Shown here piece by piece: positions 28,375-39,922 of a stretch of 64,000 nt of DNA. The DNA comes from a phage, in NCBI GenBank assembly GCA_020241865.1, contig GCA_020241865.1_4709.1; one strand, written 5' to 3'. The notes under the pieces are model-generated. The model was not told where the DNA came from. It was given only the letters and a program-made list of their open reading frames with translations, and ran no database searches. Positions within the stretch are counted from its first letter, which is position 1. Each line of letters starts with the position of its first letter. Position numbers and translations under genes: made by a program.

Positions 28375-28854
28375 CTAGATTTCTCCTGTTCTACGCGTTT
28401 TTAATGCTTGAGTGTAGTAAAGGGTATGAACACCGCTTAACGTGTAATGGGTGTTAAATTCGTTATTGATGATATTCTGTATTCTCTCCCAGGTTTTCTT
28501 CTCTTTTCTAAGAGTATGTATTCGGTGATAGATCATCTCTCGACGTTGCGCTTTGCACGCGATAATACCGTAGCGGTAGCAGAGTTTAGCGATCGCATCC
28601 ACGCTACGATTGAACATTACCGCGGCTTCTTTCACGCTGTGCGTCTTGAGATAATCGGCTAACATCACGCGTTCTTCGAAACAACAATAGCGGTGACGCG
28701 ACGTGAGTTTCCAGCGCTTGCGATTACGGTTAATTCGACCTTGAACCGAACCTTCCGTTCGGCCAAGTCGTACCGCAATCTCTTGCATCGGTATACCGTT
28801 TCGGTACAGGGTAATCAACATCGCATCTTCTTCGGGTGTCCAGTCCTTGACCAT
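28375..28854 (-). CDS. GcrA-like HTH protein, paralog 5 of 6
   Basis: 159-aa ORF; WTPEEDAMLITLYRNGIPMQEIAVRLGRTEGSVQGRINR, the closest match to the GcrA N-terminal domain pattern (W-T-D-E ... L ... G-x-S-x-x-x-I-A-x-x-L-G). Confidence 0.6.
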   Translation of the reverse strand: MVKDWTPEEDAMLITLYRNGIPMQEIAVRLGRTEGSVQGRINRNRKRWKLTSRHRYCCFEERVMLADYLKTHSVKEAAVMFNRSVDAIAKLCYRYGIIACKAQRREMIYHRIHTLRKEKKTWERIQNIINNEFNTHYTLSGVHTLYYTQALKTRRTGEI

Positions 28855-28866
28855 AATGCCACCCCA

Positions 28867-31557
<2,691 letters not shown>

Positions 31558-31637
31558 AAAATTGTCAAAATGTACATCGGCATAACGCCCGTGCCCGCCC
31601 GTGATGGGAGGGACACAGGCAATACGCTTTTATTTCA

Positions 31638-32270
31638 TCAAGACTTCACAACGCATTCGACTTCGTCGTTCATATAGGCTTCGTATAAAGACAGTACTTC
31701 CTTCATTTTAATTTCAGGTAACGCAACAGAACGAATCGCTTTCAGGATATTCCGTGTCTGATGATGTTTAACCTTCGCTTCACGTAGTTTACAGAATTGA
31801 CGGATGCAGGTATTAACTTTACCACCTTCCGCACGTTCGAGGGCGACGTGCAGTTTCAGATCCAGTAATACTTCCGTGAGTTCCTGGGTGGCAGGATCGT
31901 TACGAATAAGTCGCACCGTCCGTTCATCCGGATTCAACATCGTGAGGAACTGAAGCTTGATCTGTTCAGGTACGGGTTTCGTGTTCATCATGATGGCGTC
32001 AAACTGTTCCTTAACATCCAACTCATTGAACACATAACGTTCGATGTGTACGACGTGTGCTTTTCCCGACTCACCGTAAATCGCCATCGCACGATAGTCA
32101 TCGAACAACACGACATACATCAGATCTTGTTCCGGTCCGATGGTACCATCCATGAGCTTCGGGGCGTGTTTCCTAAAGAAGCCGTAGCGAACCGCTTCAT
32201 CCGGCATGAGCGTCCACGCATTAACGGGCTGTTTTACGAGTTCCATGTAACACCTCATCAAGATTATCAC
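31638..32270 (-). CDS. hypothetical protein
   Basis: 210-aa ORF. Confidence 0.45.
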   Translation of the reverse strand: MIILMRCYMELVKQPVNAWTLMPDEAVRYGFFRKHAPKLMDGTIGPEQDLMYVVLFDDYRAMAIYGESGKAHVVHIERYVFNELDVKEQFDAIMMNTKPVPEQIKLQFLTMLNPDERTVRLIRNDPATQELTEVLLDLKLHVALERAEGGKVNTCIRQFCKLREAKVKHHQTRNILKAIRSVALPEIKMKEVLSLYEAYMNDEVECVVKS

Positions 32271-32529
32271 TTACGCCAGGCGGTACCACAATACCGGTAC
32301 GAATCACAGCAGCAACTTCCTGCATGCCCTTACCCTTCAACGCATAGGTTTCATGTACCACATTACGTCGAGTCGTTAATCCAACAAATTTACATACAAC
32401 CATGTTGTTTTCTGAAAGATAAGCGGTGTCGAGTTCACCGTGCAACAATTCTTTTTCTTTGGTATCAATACCTAATAACGCAATTTGATAAGCAGAAAGT
32501 TTCCAATAACGCATAATCGTCCTATTCAT
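32221..32529 (-). CDS. hypothetical protein
   Basis: 102-aa ORF; overlaps the downstream gene, so the start is uncertain. Confidence 0.35.
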   Translation of the reverse strand: MNRTIMRYWKLSAYQIALLGIDTKEKELLHGELDTAYLSENNMVVCKFVGLTTRRNVVHETYALKGKGMQEVAAVIRTGIVVPPGVSDNLDEVLHGTRKTAR

Positions 32530-33350
32530 AAACTATCAAATATTCTGAAACCAAGTTTCTTGTTTCTACTTTTGCCGAAATCGTTCTTCGTACAGTTACA
32601 GGGTACAATTTTGTCGCCGAACTATAAATCTCTTCAGTCAACGCACAAGCACTGTTGCTAATGATTGTAGGAATTCCCCGCGAGCGCAAGTTGTCAGCCT
32701 TTTCTGCAAGATAACGATGATCGTCTAATGTAAACCCCTCTTGAGTATAGCCCGTAAACGATGCGGTGGGGGAAATGGGAATATAAGGAGGGTCGCAATA
32801 AACGACGTCACCCGGAACCACCTTTTCAAGATGCTTCTGGAACCCACCACTTACAATTTCTACCCCCCCCCCCCTCGACGAAGGCAGCCTGAAGATGGTT
32901 CGCTGCCAGACGCAATTCCTGTTTCGGGAAATAGACGGTCTTATACCGCCCATGCGCAACATTAAATAAACCATCACGATTATAACGACATAAGCCATTG
33001 AAACCGTAACGGTTTAAATACATGAAGCAAACTGCGCGTTCCCACGGATCTTCAGCGCGGTTAAAACGTTCACGTATCTCGTAGTAGCTTCTGACGTCGG
33101 TAGGATCCGTTTGAAAAAGACGTTCCACTTCTTCGATGAAAGATTCTGGACGCGCTAGCAACGCAGACCATACTGAGAGAATATCCTCATTCGCATCACC
33201 TATCGAATACGCTGGGTACTTAAGAGCAAGCGTAACAGCGCCGGAACCAACGAATGGTTCAACAAGACGCTTTCCTTTAGGTAACACTTTTTCAATCTCA
33301 GGGATAAGCCTGGTTTTGTTCCCAAGCCATTTAAGAAATGTTCTGCTCAT
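32522..33350 (-). CDS. dam: DNA adenine (N6) methyltransferase, Dam family, reading frame interrupted at a G12 homopolymer
   Basis: Two overlapping ORFs (32826..33350 and 32522..32998) whose frames differ by 1 are together collinear with E. coli/T4 Dam: N-terminal KWLGNKTRL ... EPFVGSGAV SAM-binding region in the first, catalytic DPPY motif in the second; the junction is the G12 run (C12 at 32863..32874 on plus); one fewer G would fuse the frames. Confidence 0.8.
32863..32874. repeat. C12 homopolymer (G12 on the coding strand) inside the dam coding sequence
   Basis: 12 consecutive C counted directly; encodes GGGG in the upstream frame; same length and same TCG 3' flank as the tract at 10047..10058. 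Confidence 0.9.
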
Positions 33351-33765
33351 CGATTGGCGTTCCGATAATGTTGATGACTATTTCCGTTCGAACCGGATTG
33401 GTCAGTACGGCCTGCATGCATTCAAGCATTGTTGGGTTATCCGTAACCACCACATCGGCGTAACACAACGGATGGCTTTCGAACGCTTCGGTATCACTTA
33501 CTAACAGAACACCCATCATATTTACGTATTGCGGTATGCGACCACGAATGCGTTGCCACATGTCTTGAGTAAGGTCCTCGCTTTCTAATGCAACCACAAC
33601 AACAGGACTGATATTTACCGGAAAACGCGGATGCACCGTACGACGAAATGTTATCCAGTTTTCGATGTGGGATAATGCAAGTTCGAGAGAACAGCATTTT
33701 GGAGAAATCTGTATGTTTATTTGTTGAATCAATGAAAGGGGGTTTTGTACAGTCGCTTCAGCCAT
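33331..33765 (-). CDS. hypothetical protein
   Basis: 144-aa ORF. Confidence 0.45.
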   Translation of the reverse strand: MAEATVQNPLSLIQQINIQISPKCCSLELALSHIENWITFRRTVHPRFPVNISPVVVVALESEDLTQDMWQRIRGRIPQYVNMMGVLLVSDTEAFESHPLCYADVVVTDNPTMLECMQAVLTNPVRTEIVINIIGTPIDEQNIS

Positions 33766-34743
33766 TTACTTTTTCCTGAAAATTAATGTTGGTAAGCCGT
33801 TTCTTACAGCATAATACAACACTAAGAGGTTAATCTTACCTGCGGATACCGTAAGCATTTTACGACGACGTGGTAAACTAACCGGTACGGTAGATGCCAT
33901 CGTTGCGCTGTTCTTGAACGTTTGGGAATAACGTCGCAGCGACGCTTCACCTAACAATGGAAGGAACAGATCCTCAGTAAGAATATCATCGCAGATATAC
34001 GTAATCGCAAGTAACGGTGGATTCCACTCGTTCAGGAACTCGAAAATCTCGTTTGCGATACCCAGCGCGTTATTGGGAAGCGGAACCTCACGAACGTATT
34101 TCTGATTGCCTTTATCCAGCAGGATTCTTGACATACAGTAATCGTGGATTATACCCGCAACATCATCCGCTGTTTCTGCGTTCTGCATCAACGCCCGTGC
34201 TTCTTCCCAGGTCAGCTGACGTTTTGTTTCGTAGTAGGTTGGTTTCAAAACCGCGTAAAAATCGCGGATTAAGCGACCAACATCCCCACGGGTTTTCTCT
34301 GCCAACGCGATCGCGTACGCTTTCTTCTCCGCATCCGTTAAGATCTGATTACGCCACAGTTCGTATTCGTCTAACAGCTCGGTGTATTTGGCTGTCCATT
34401 CAGAGGAAAGATAATAACCAATACTGTCAATCAATGCGTGCGTTAAAACACCCAGACGCTCGCGTTTTGGATCGACTGACGGCTCATAGACAAAAGGTAG
34501 CTTCGGTTTTTCAAAGCCGCTGGCTACGACGGTATCTGAAAAAGCGTTAGCGAAAACACCCATCGGTTTCCATGACGTAAGGAGATCCTGATATAGCATC
34601 GGATGAACGTTATTAATCGCTGTGAGTTTATCATCGAAAAGACTCACGCTTGGATGTTCAGCATTCGCAAGCTCAAAATAAATTCTTTCGAGCAACGCCT
34701 TTACCGCATCGCGTGTCTTATCGATTGGGCCAATAGAAGCCAT
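33766..34743 (-). CDS. hypothetical protein
   Basis: 325-aa ORF. Confidence 0.5.
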   Translation of the reverse strand: MASIGPIDKTRDAVKALLERIYFELANAEHPSVSLFDDKLTAINNVHPMLYQDLLTSWKPMGVFANAFSDTVVASGFEKPKLPFVYEPSVDPKRERLGVLTHALIDSIGYYLSSEWTAKYTELLDEYELWRNQILTDAEKKAYAIALAEKTRGDVGRLIRDFYAVLKPTYYETKRQLTWEEARALMQNAETADDVAGIIHDYCMSRILLDKGNQKYVREVPLPNNALGIANEIFEFLNEWNPPLLAITYICDDILTEDLFLPLLGEASLRRYSQTFKNSATMASTVPVSLPRRRKMLTVSAGKINLLVLYYAVRNGLPTLIFRKK

Positions 34744-34757
34744 GTAAATTATCCTCG

Positions 34758-35024
34758 TTAAAAAGTACCCATGATCGATAGGGCAATATGGTCTTTGTTC
34801 ACACGCGCATTTAACGACATATCGAGACCGTTTTTCTTAATATGCCAGCGTGCCACCAGTTCCGGTTGGTCAACGGAATACAGCCCTTCTCGATGTTGAT
34901 TCAACCATTTAGCAATTGGATGCAGTTTATCGGGATTGACCACACCCAATTCCAACCCACCGGGTGTTAATGGTTTAGAATAAAAGTCAAGTGCGTTCCG
35001 TAAAAAGTCATCCTCGATGCTCAT
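34758..35024 (-). CDS. hypothetical protein
   Basis: 88-aa ORF. Confidence 0.45.
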   Translation of the reverse strand: MSIEDDFLRNALDFYSKPLTPGGLELGVVNPDKLHPIAKWLNQHREGLYSVDQPELVARWHIKKNGLDMSLNARVNKDHIALSIMGTF

Positions 35025-35137
35025 CGTAGCATACCTACCATGCCGATTACAGCAAACAGTACGCCGACAGCGCTATACGCAAGCAGCGCTTTAGCAACCC
35101 AAGATTTTATTTCCGTATACTCTTCATTATTCACCAT
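35021..35137 (-). CDS. small hydrophobic peptide (38 aa, one transmembrane helix), absent from the ORF track
   Basis: ATG at 35135..35137 preceded by GAGGTGA; encodes MVNNEEYTEIKSWVAKALLAYSAVGVLFAVIGMVGMLR; its TGA stop overlaps the ATG of 34758..35024 (ATGA). Confidence 0.5.
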   Translation of the reverse strand: MVNNEEYTEIKSWVAKALLAYSAVGVLFAVIGMVGMLR

Positions 35138-35214
35138 GTCTCACCTCGTTCGGTTATTGTCTGATCTCATACCTTTACTTAAGCGTATCCCCCGTCATTA
35201 AGACGGGGTGTTTA

Positions 35215-35589
35215 TCACCAGAGACGATTACCTTCCTCGTCCCACCAAGCAATCGCTCGTGTCGACTCGAATGTGTTAGGGCGTAACGTCATGCCCTTGC
35301 GGTCAACGATTAACCGCAACTCAGTACCGAACCACTCAATCGAGATAAACAAACCCTTCCGAATGATTGCTTGATAACCTGATAGCCGCTCAAAGAGTCG
35401 TTGAAAGATCTCATCATGCCCACACGACACTAATGCTTCTGAATAGCGTCGCATCGATTTTGCATCGCTAGGTAAACGTGTTTTACAATCCCACCATAAC
35501 ACAGCGTACATCAGTGCAGCATTACGCAATCGTAACGATTGAACTGGTGTTAGCTGTCGTCCTTCAACATCATCGATAATGACATACAT
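35215..35589 (-). CDS. hypothetical protein
   Basis: 124-aa ORF, followed by a 7-bp GC hairpin at 35190..35208. Confidence 0.45.
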   Translation of the reverse strand: MYVIIDDVEGRQLTPVQSLRLRNAALMYAVLWWDCKTRLPSDAKSMRRYSEALVSCGHDEIFQRLFERLSGYQAIIRKGLFISIEWFGTELRLIVDRKGMTLRPNTFESTRAIAWWDEEGNRLW

Positions 35590-35822
35590 CGCATCTTATT
35601 CCGCGCTTGTTTCCTTAACATGGACACATTCCGCATCGATAGTCACACCGGTAGAACGATGGGTCTCGTTGGTAGAATCAAATCCGCTGTTGAACAACAC
35701 TGCGAATGTGTTATTATCCATACGAGCAAAGGTCTCCGCAATACGATCGGGATGAAAATCAGTGCGGCTGATGGTCGATTTCACAAAAACTCCTATAAAC
35801 AATTTAATTATTGGTATTAAGA

Positions 35823-36308
35823 TTAAAGCAGGATCTGCGGACAGCAGCATGATTCGTAACCACCTTCATGTGGTAACGTATTGCTGGTGTCAGGCCAAAC
35901 GAGCTGAATACCCGCAACCTTTTTACCATATCGAGCGAAAGCCGCTATCGCATACACTTCGTTGAAGGATTCAATATCCTCTATTTCACGCACGTCAAGA
36001 CGCAAGGTTTCACCCGTACCTTTCAGAGTTAGATTGCCATCGAACGCGCCTAACGGGATGGTCTTTGCCTTCACCATGAAGTTACCCAGTTTGTTGATTG
36101 CTGAACCGAGAGCAGGGCAATAACCGGATACGAAGATTTCCGGCATTCCGTGTTCGGTTAGACCAACAGTATACATAAAGCCAGGCTCGTCGCTTCCCTC
36201 ATCAGGAGCGACACTGATAATAGCCCATTGCTTTTTCTCGATATATTCTTCGATAAAATCGTCCAGTTTTGAAAAATTGTTTTCATTAAGTTTAACTGTG
36301 TTACTCAT
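35823..36308 (-). CDS. DUF4262-like protein
   Basis: 161-aa ORF; PGFMYTVGLTEHGMPEIFVSG and GIQLVWPD motifs resemble the DUF4262 family signature; recalled from memory, not searched. Confidence 0.45.
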   Translation of the reverse strand: MSNTVKLNENNFSKLDDFIEEYIEKKQWAIISVAPDEGSDEPGFMYTVGLTEHGMPEIFVSGYCPALGSAINKLGNFMVKAKTIPLGAFDGNLTLKGTGETLRLDVREIEDIESFNEVYAIAAFARYGKKVAGIQLVWPDTSNTLPHEGGYESCCCPQILL

Positions 36309-36594
36309 GTTCTTTATCCTTTAATGCGTTTTCTAACCAGCGGACATAACTTTCACGATAAAGGTGAATATGTCTTTTACCGTCGCGAAAGTTAGGGTCA
36401 ATAAGATGAATCGCAGCATGGGTTGAGGTCGTCGCATGCTGTAAATGTTTTCGTGTTAATCGCCCAAGTTTTACCCAACGTTGAATATACCGTGCGTCTG
36501 CCGCTAAACAGGTACGTTCATCGATGAAAGGTACCAATACCTGAACGATACTACCGTAATACACCATCGAACTGTTGAACATCTGCGTCTCCAT
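36301..36594 (-). CDS. hypothetical protein
   Basis: 97-aa ORF, 8-nt overlap with neighbour. Confidence 0.4.
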   Translation of the reverse strand: METQMFNSSMVYYGSIVQVLVPFIDERTCLAADARYIQRWVKLGRLTRKHLQHATTSTHAAIHLIDPNFRDGKRHIHLYRESYVRWLENALKDKEHE

Positions 36595-36612
36595 GCAAAT
36601 GGATGGGGCGGA

Positions 36613-36921
36613 TTAGTGAAGAATTACCGTTTGCGATCCGTTCTCGTATTCGGTAAGTAACTCGTCATACCGACGATCGACTACCTTGATTGCATTATCG
36701 ATCTCTGTCGTGTCTGATACAACAGATCGTTTCGCTTCCAGTCGATATACTAACGCATCACGCATACCCTCGGCTGCAGCGAGTTCACAGGTTGCTTGAT
36801 GTTTATTATCCGAAAAGACGAAGAATGGTTTGTTCTCTTCATCGGCCAGGAAGTAGTTACGAATCTCAACCAACCTTTCATCTGGAACCAGTTCACATTT
36901 GTTTTCGTTCATTTTCATCAT
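36613..36921 (-). CDS. hypothetical protein
   Basis: 102-aa ORF. Confidence 0.4.
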   Translation of the reverse strand: MMKMNENKCELVPDERLVEIRNYFLADEENKPFFVFSDNKHQATCELAAAEGMRDALVYRLEAKRSVVSDTTEIDNAIKVVDRRYDELLTEYENGSQTVILH

Positions 36922-36926
36922 CTCTC

Positions 36927-37259
36927 TTAAAGTTTTAACGTATTGACGCCGCTTATAAAGGCGTTGATTTCATTGTCAATATTACCAGTTTGCTCGATAA
37001 TCTTCTCCACGGTCAATCTTGGTTTGTTGTAAGCGATACATACAGCATCGGGACCATTTCCATACATGCTCGCGACGTAAATTCGAAGTTCTTTTAAACG
37101 ATCAAGTAACAACTGTGTGATATCCAGAACTTCTTCTGTGGCGGTCTGTGTGTTGCATTCGCGTAACTTGTGTTCTAACAGCGAAGTCGCAGCATCGAGC
37201 ATGGATGTGTATTTACGGTAGTTATAAATATCAATTATAGCTGTCTGATTCATATACAC
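36927..37259 (-). CDS. hypothetical protein
   Basis: 110-aa ORF. Confidence 0.4.
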   Translation of the reverse strand: MYMNQTAIIDIYNYRKYTSMLDAATSLLEHKLRECNTQTATEEVLDITQLLLDRLKELRIYVASMYGNGPDAVCIAYNKPRLTVEKIIEQTGNIDNEINAFISGVNTLKL

Positions 37260-37264
37260 GTTAT

Positions 37265-37633
37265 TTATTTATCGGGGTCTGGAAAATAGTAAAATCGCCA
37301 ATGCAACATAGAAATCGCATTTCTTATTCGATTCGCACGAACACGGCGTCCGAGAAAGGACTTGTAGCAAGAATCGCAATCCATAAACAACTCATGGCTC
37401 GATTTCATCAGAACCACGATATCTCTTATATACGAATTGCAGTACTCGATAAACGGGTCTGTATCGTACGTATATTTCCTCGCACTACCTATCCCCAACC
37501 CTCTATTTAACTCACGACAATTTATCATGAGCTTCACATAACGGATAAGCCGAACGAAGTCACGTAAATTACGATTAAACCAATATCGATACCAAAATGA
37601 CTGTATACTCCGAACAGTTCTATTTAACTTCAT
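37265..37633 (-). CDS. hypothetical protein
   Basis: 122-aa ORF. Confidence 0.4.
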   Translation of the reverse strand: MKLNRTVRSIQSFWYRYWFNRNLRDFVRLIRYVKLMINCRELNRGLGIGSARKYTYDTDPFIEYCNSYIRDIVVLMKSSHELFMDCDSCYKSFLGRRVRANRIRNAISMLHWRFYYFPDPDK

Positions 37634-38261
37634 TGATACCTTCTATTAGTTGTACAGCAACTTCTTTTTCGGTGCTATAAAAGAACTTGCGATGGAACTG
37701 AACAAGAAGTTTTTCGAATTTACATTGAACGATCTTTTTGCGTTCGATATGACCCAGGGAGAGCAAAGCACCCATGCAACGTACCGCTTGTTCGAGAACT
37801 TGTTTCGCGGTATCGTGATCGTCCGGTAACGGTAAATCTTCCTCATCGTCTTTAGCGATAAGGCGTCTGATGATGTTATCGATACGTATCTCATCACCGT
37901 TAATAAAAGCCCCCTTCTCCCAGTCATCGAATCGTTGATGGATTCGACGTTGTAAGTTGGCCCTGTCTTCCATTAACTCTTTCAACTGGCTTTCTAAATG
38001 GGATACGGTACGGCGGTCGGTTTCAGTGAAGTTTTCCGATTCTTTGTACCACCAATCATTACGCGATAGTAAATCGTTAACGCGCGAAATCGTCCGACGA
38101 CACTCACTAACAAGCCCGTCACCATTCGGTAGCTCTGTACCAAAATAGCATTTGTATTTATAACGCATAACACGGATTAAACGTTTCGCTAGAAAACCTT
38201 GCCTTTCCAGTTTCTTCTTCAGTTGTGTGTATTTCTCTTCTTTTGTTTCCATTAATTCCAT
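37620..38261 (-). CDS. hypothetical protein
   Basis: 213-aa ORF. Confidence 0.45.
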   Translation of the reverse strand: MELMETKEEKYTQLKKKLERQGFLAKRLIRVMRYKYKCYFGTELPNGDGLVSECRRTISRVNDLLSRNDWWYKESENFTETDRRTVSHLESQLKELMEDRANLQRRIHQRFDDWEKGAFINGDEIRIDNIIRRLIAKDDEEDLPLPDDHDTAKQVLEQAVRCMGALLSLGHIERKKIVQCKFEKLLVQFHRKFFYSTEKEVAVQLIEGINEVK

Positions 38262-38650
38262 GATGTTGTACCTCGTTCAGCAATCAGGAGAGTCGTGGTT
38301 GTGCTTTTCACTAATCTATTAAAGTCTTGATATATCCGCCTGAGGGATGATTTCAAATCACAATAACGGCTGAAATAAACCTTCAAGTCATCTTTTGTCA
38401 CAGTCTCCGTATTTATTTTCGTAGAAACACCGAGATCGATAAACTCTTTTCTTAATTGGGATAATTCATCAAGAAGTCGATGATGGCTTAGATAAATAAC
38501 AGATTTATCGGATAACAACTCGCCGGTTATCCGGCTCTGGCGTTCATCGAAATATTGGAGCCGCCATTCAATTCGCTTACGTAATTTATCAAGTAAATCA
38601 ACAAAAGCGGTATAGCTGTTAACGGCTAGGTTAACTTGACTCGTTATCAT
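38252..38650 (-). CDS. hypothetical protein
   Basis: 132-aa ORF. Confidence 0.4.
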   Translation of the reverse strand: MITSQVNLAVNSYTAFVDLLDKLRKRIEWRLQYFDERQSRITGELLSDKSVIYLSHHRLLDELSQLRKEFIDLGVSTKINTETVTKDDLKVYFSRYCDLKSSLRRIYQDFNRLVKSTTTTLLIAERGTTSWN

Positions 38651-38997
38651 TCCACTTTCTCCGTTATATGCTTTAAACTGTTACGTATACTTTTCAATCG
38701 ATGGTTAAATCCGGAACGATAACATTTCCGTACATCCCGTGCTGATCGCGCTTTATTCGCCTGATTAAGCTGCTCATTCACCTGCGACGCTATACGTAAA
38801 CGCTCTAATAAAGACCTCAACCGAACGACAACCAACGGCTGTTCTTTCACCTTCTCTAGTTTGAGTAAAGAGTCAATATGAAACTTTATTTCGATAATCT
38901 GATTCCTGTTTTTGCGGTACTGATGAATATACCAACATCGACGAAAATAGGCGATGTTTAGCATCGGGTAGATCCTTTTCAACGCTACCTCCAACAA
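38647..38997 (-). CDS. hypothetical protein
   Basis: 116-aa ORF, basic. Confidence 0.4.
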   Translation of the reverse strand: MLEVALKRIYPMLNIAYFRRCWYIHQYRKNRNQIIEIKFHIDSLLKLEKVKEQPLVVVRLRSLLERLRIASQVNEQLNQANKARSARDVRKCYRSGFNHRLKSIRNSLKHITEKVE

Positions 38998-39182
38998 TAC
39001 ATCGGATTAGGCGCTTTATGGTATTTATAGATACCTACTTTCTTCTGTCTGCCTTTACCCGGGCCTCGTTTAATACGTTTGTTATAAACACGATCCAAAT
39101 ATCGATCAACGATAAATCGGGATAAATACACCGGATCGATATAAGCCAGGGTACCCGCTTCTGTTTCTTCGAGACATTGCAT
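38985..39182 (-). CDS. small basic protein with KRGPGKGRQKK motif
   Basis: 65-aa ORF; motif shared with 39209..39412, 39405..39551 and 20094..20321. Confidence 0.45.
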   Translation of the reverse strand: MQCLEETEAGTLAYIDPVYLSRFIVDRYLDRVYNKRIKRGPGKGRQKKVGIYKYHKAPNPMYCWR

Positions 39183-39208
39183 GCGTAACCTCTCTTTCCT
39201 CTAAAAAG

Positions 39209-39412
39209 TCAGTCCAACATAAGCCATGGCATCGCTTTCGCGATAGAATCCACCGCAGCATTTGCGATCCTTCGTTCGGTGGTTGGTACCACATGCGCCA
39301 CGAACCGTTTTCCTTTATTGCAACCTTTCTTGTGTTTTCCTTTGACTAAACGAACACCAATCATGTCGTTGATAACATGATTTAGTATATGGCGCTGTAG
39401 AGAATTAATCAT
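39209..39412 (-). CDS. small basic protein with KGKHKKGCNKGKR motif
   Basis: ATG at 39410..39412 (the track start is a GTG one codon upstream); paralog of the neighbouring small basic proteins. Confidence 0.45.
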   Translation of the reverse strand: MINSLQRHILNHVINDMIGVRLVKGKHKKGCNKGKRFVAHVVPTTERRIANAAVDSIAKAMPWLMLD

Positions 39413-39551
39413 CACTTTTACTCCAGGCCGAGAAGATTCTCGGTTTTAGTTCTATCTGTCCGCATATCCAGGTGTATCTCCATTTACCTTTACGAGGACC
39501 TTTCTTATTTTTAACACCTATCAGAATACGATAGGGATATGACCAAGCCAT
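39405..39551 (-). CDS. small basic protein (48 aa) with KNKKGPRKGK motif, absent from the ORF track
   Basis: ATG at 39549..39551 preceded by AGGAG; encodes MAWSYPYRILIGVKNKKGPRKGKWRYTWICGQIELKPRIFSAWSKSDD; stop overlaps the start of 39209..39412. Confidence 0.5.
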   Translation of the reverse strand: MAWSYPYRILIGVKNKKGPRKGKWRYTWICGQIELKPRIFSAWSKSDD

Positions 39552-39581
39552 TCTAAACTCCTAAAATAAATCTCGATATTC

Positions 39582-39908
39582 TTAATGCAGTTGCTTCTTA
39601 AAACCTAATTTAAGAAGCGTCATTCTCTTGTCGATGGTATCTAATGCTTCCAGCAAGGATTCACGCTGTTCTTTCGTAAGCATATCGACGCGTAGACGTT
39701 CGTTAATTTCCGCTTTAAGCTGTATAGGAAGGGTTTGTGTAAGTATGCTATCAGCCTCCATCTCGTAACTATTTTTCGGTGTGGGTAATGCTTCAGTAAC
39801 ACCAGTGAGATAAAAACCGATAGTGGTTACTCGTTCATCCATTGCTTCTAGCAGTTCAGAACTTACCTCATCCACGATAGTTCTCCGTATTAGGGTGGGC
39901 GTACCCAC
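39582..39908 (-). CDS. hypothetical protein
   Basis: 108-aa ORF. Confidence 0.45.
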   Translation of the reverse strand: MGTPTLIRRTIVDEVSSELLEAMDERVTTIGFYLTGVTEALPTPKNSYEMEADSILTQTLPIQLKAEINERLRVDMLTKEQRESLLEALDTIDKRMTLLKLGFKKQLH

Positions 39909-39922
39909 CCTCAGTTGTTAAT

